NCBI GenBank assembly: GCA_965242865.1
Contig: CBDETK010000013.1
Location: 1,760,001 to 1,824,000, forward strand
Source of the DNA: Candidatus Latescibacterota bacterium
GTDB lineage: Bacteria; Latescibacterota; UBA2968; UBA8231
Direction: 5' to 3'
Length of the DNA: 64,000 bases
The notes under the pieces were generated by a model. It had not been told where the DNA came from. It searched no databases and saw only the letters and a program-made list of their open reading frames with translations. Positions within the stretch are counted from its first letter, which is position 1, and each line of letters starts with the position of its first letter. This document shows, piece by piece, positions 63,428 through 64,000 of this stretch. A program made the position numbers and the translations under genes.

Positions 63428-63867
63428 GACTTGGCCCTAAAAAAGAGCAGGTACGAGCTGAGCACGATGCCTACTTCCATGCCGATAAACGCCGCGCCGG
63501 CCATGCGATCAAAGCGCTTGGCCGCGGCCAATTCTCGCTCTTGGTGCTTTGCGCTGGCCGAGCGCAAATAGCGGTTGTACGCGGCGTCGGCCCGTTCCTT
63601 GCTCCAGTAGGCCAGCGCACCGGCCCCCACGGCCAAGGCCGCGCTCAAATACAGCTTCCGGCGCGAGCGTTTCTCCTTGCTCGGGGCCGCAGCGGTGGCT
63701 GGCATTGCCGGCGGCCTAGGCCGCGGCTGCTCGGCCCATTGCGCCGCTAAGGCCGCTTCCAACGGGGCCAGCCGCAGCGGCAGCTCCCACGATTCGGCCC
63801 GCGCCAGCGTGCTCTGCGTGGCGAGCACCAGCAGCAGGCCGTAGGCGATCGTCTTGGTCTTGGTCAC
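63424..63867 (-). CDS. hypothetical exported/membrane protein
   Basis: Signal peptide, two hydrophobic segments; stop overlaps start of downstream lipoprotein. Confidence 0.6.
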   Translation of the reverse strand: MTKTKTIAYGLLLVLATQSTLARAESWELPLRLAPLEAALAAQWAEQPRPRPPAMPATAAAPSKEKRSRRKLYLSAALAVGAGALAYWSKERADAAYNRYLRSASAKHQERELAAAKRFDRMAGAAFIGMEVGIVLSSYLLFFRAKS

Positions 63868-64000
63868 GCCGCGATTCCTTTCAAACGGACGCAGTGTTGC
63901 TGTCAGTGCGTTGTCTCGGGGATGAGTCGATTTGCCGTGCGATTCGAGCTGCTAGCGATGGGCTTCGCTGTACAGCTCAACTGGACTTTTGCTTATCCAC

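Overview
GC-rich bacterial chromosome segment. TonB receptor, lipoproteins and a NYPNPFNP-type C-terminal sorting domain suggest an FCB-group diderm such as Ca. Latescibacterota (inference only). The backbone carries a galU-like gene, a CinA/nucleotidyltransferase fusion, a namZ/GT2/DUF2723 envelope cluster, a double-length uvrA, glgC, trpBA, an S1 protein, qor, aspartokinase, recG, a stand-alone murG(HEAT)-mraY pair and yicC-cmk-coaBC. A complete phosphate regulon is present (porin-pstSCAB-phoU-phoBR) with a divergent TonB receptor plus beta-helix protein, and 11-bp-period Pho-box arrays are visible at four sites. Three compositionally distinct accessory patches interrupt the backbone: (1) 14.4-17.05 kb, a decayed patch with two orphan HTH antitoxins, an internally deleted toxin and an IS630 joining two broken genes; (2) 41.07-46.6 kb, RmuC + PHP-ATPase (TrlF/Ppl-like) + Schlafen AlbA_2-HATPase, a candidate composite defence module; (3) 53.56-58.29 kb, McrB/McrC plus a convergent amino-methyltransferase, bracketed by a ~190-bp direct duplication of an SDR gene 3' end. 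Small elements include REP-like hairpins, a 58-bp tandem repeat and two different MITEs carrying the same 27-bp hairpin. No rRNA, tRNA or CRISPR array was seen. All product calls come from motif recognition by eye, without database searches.
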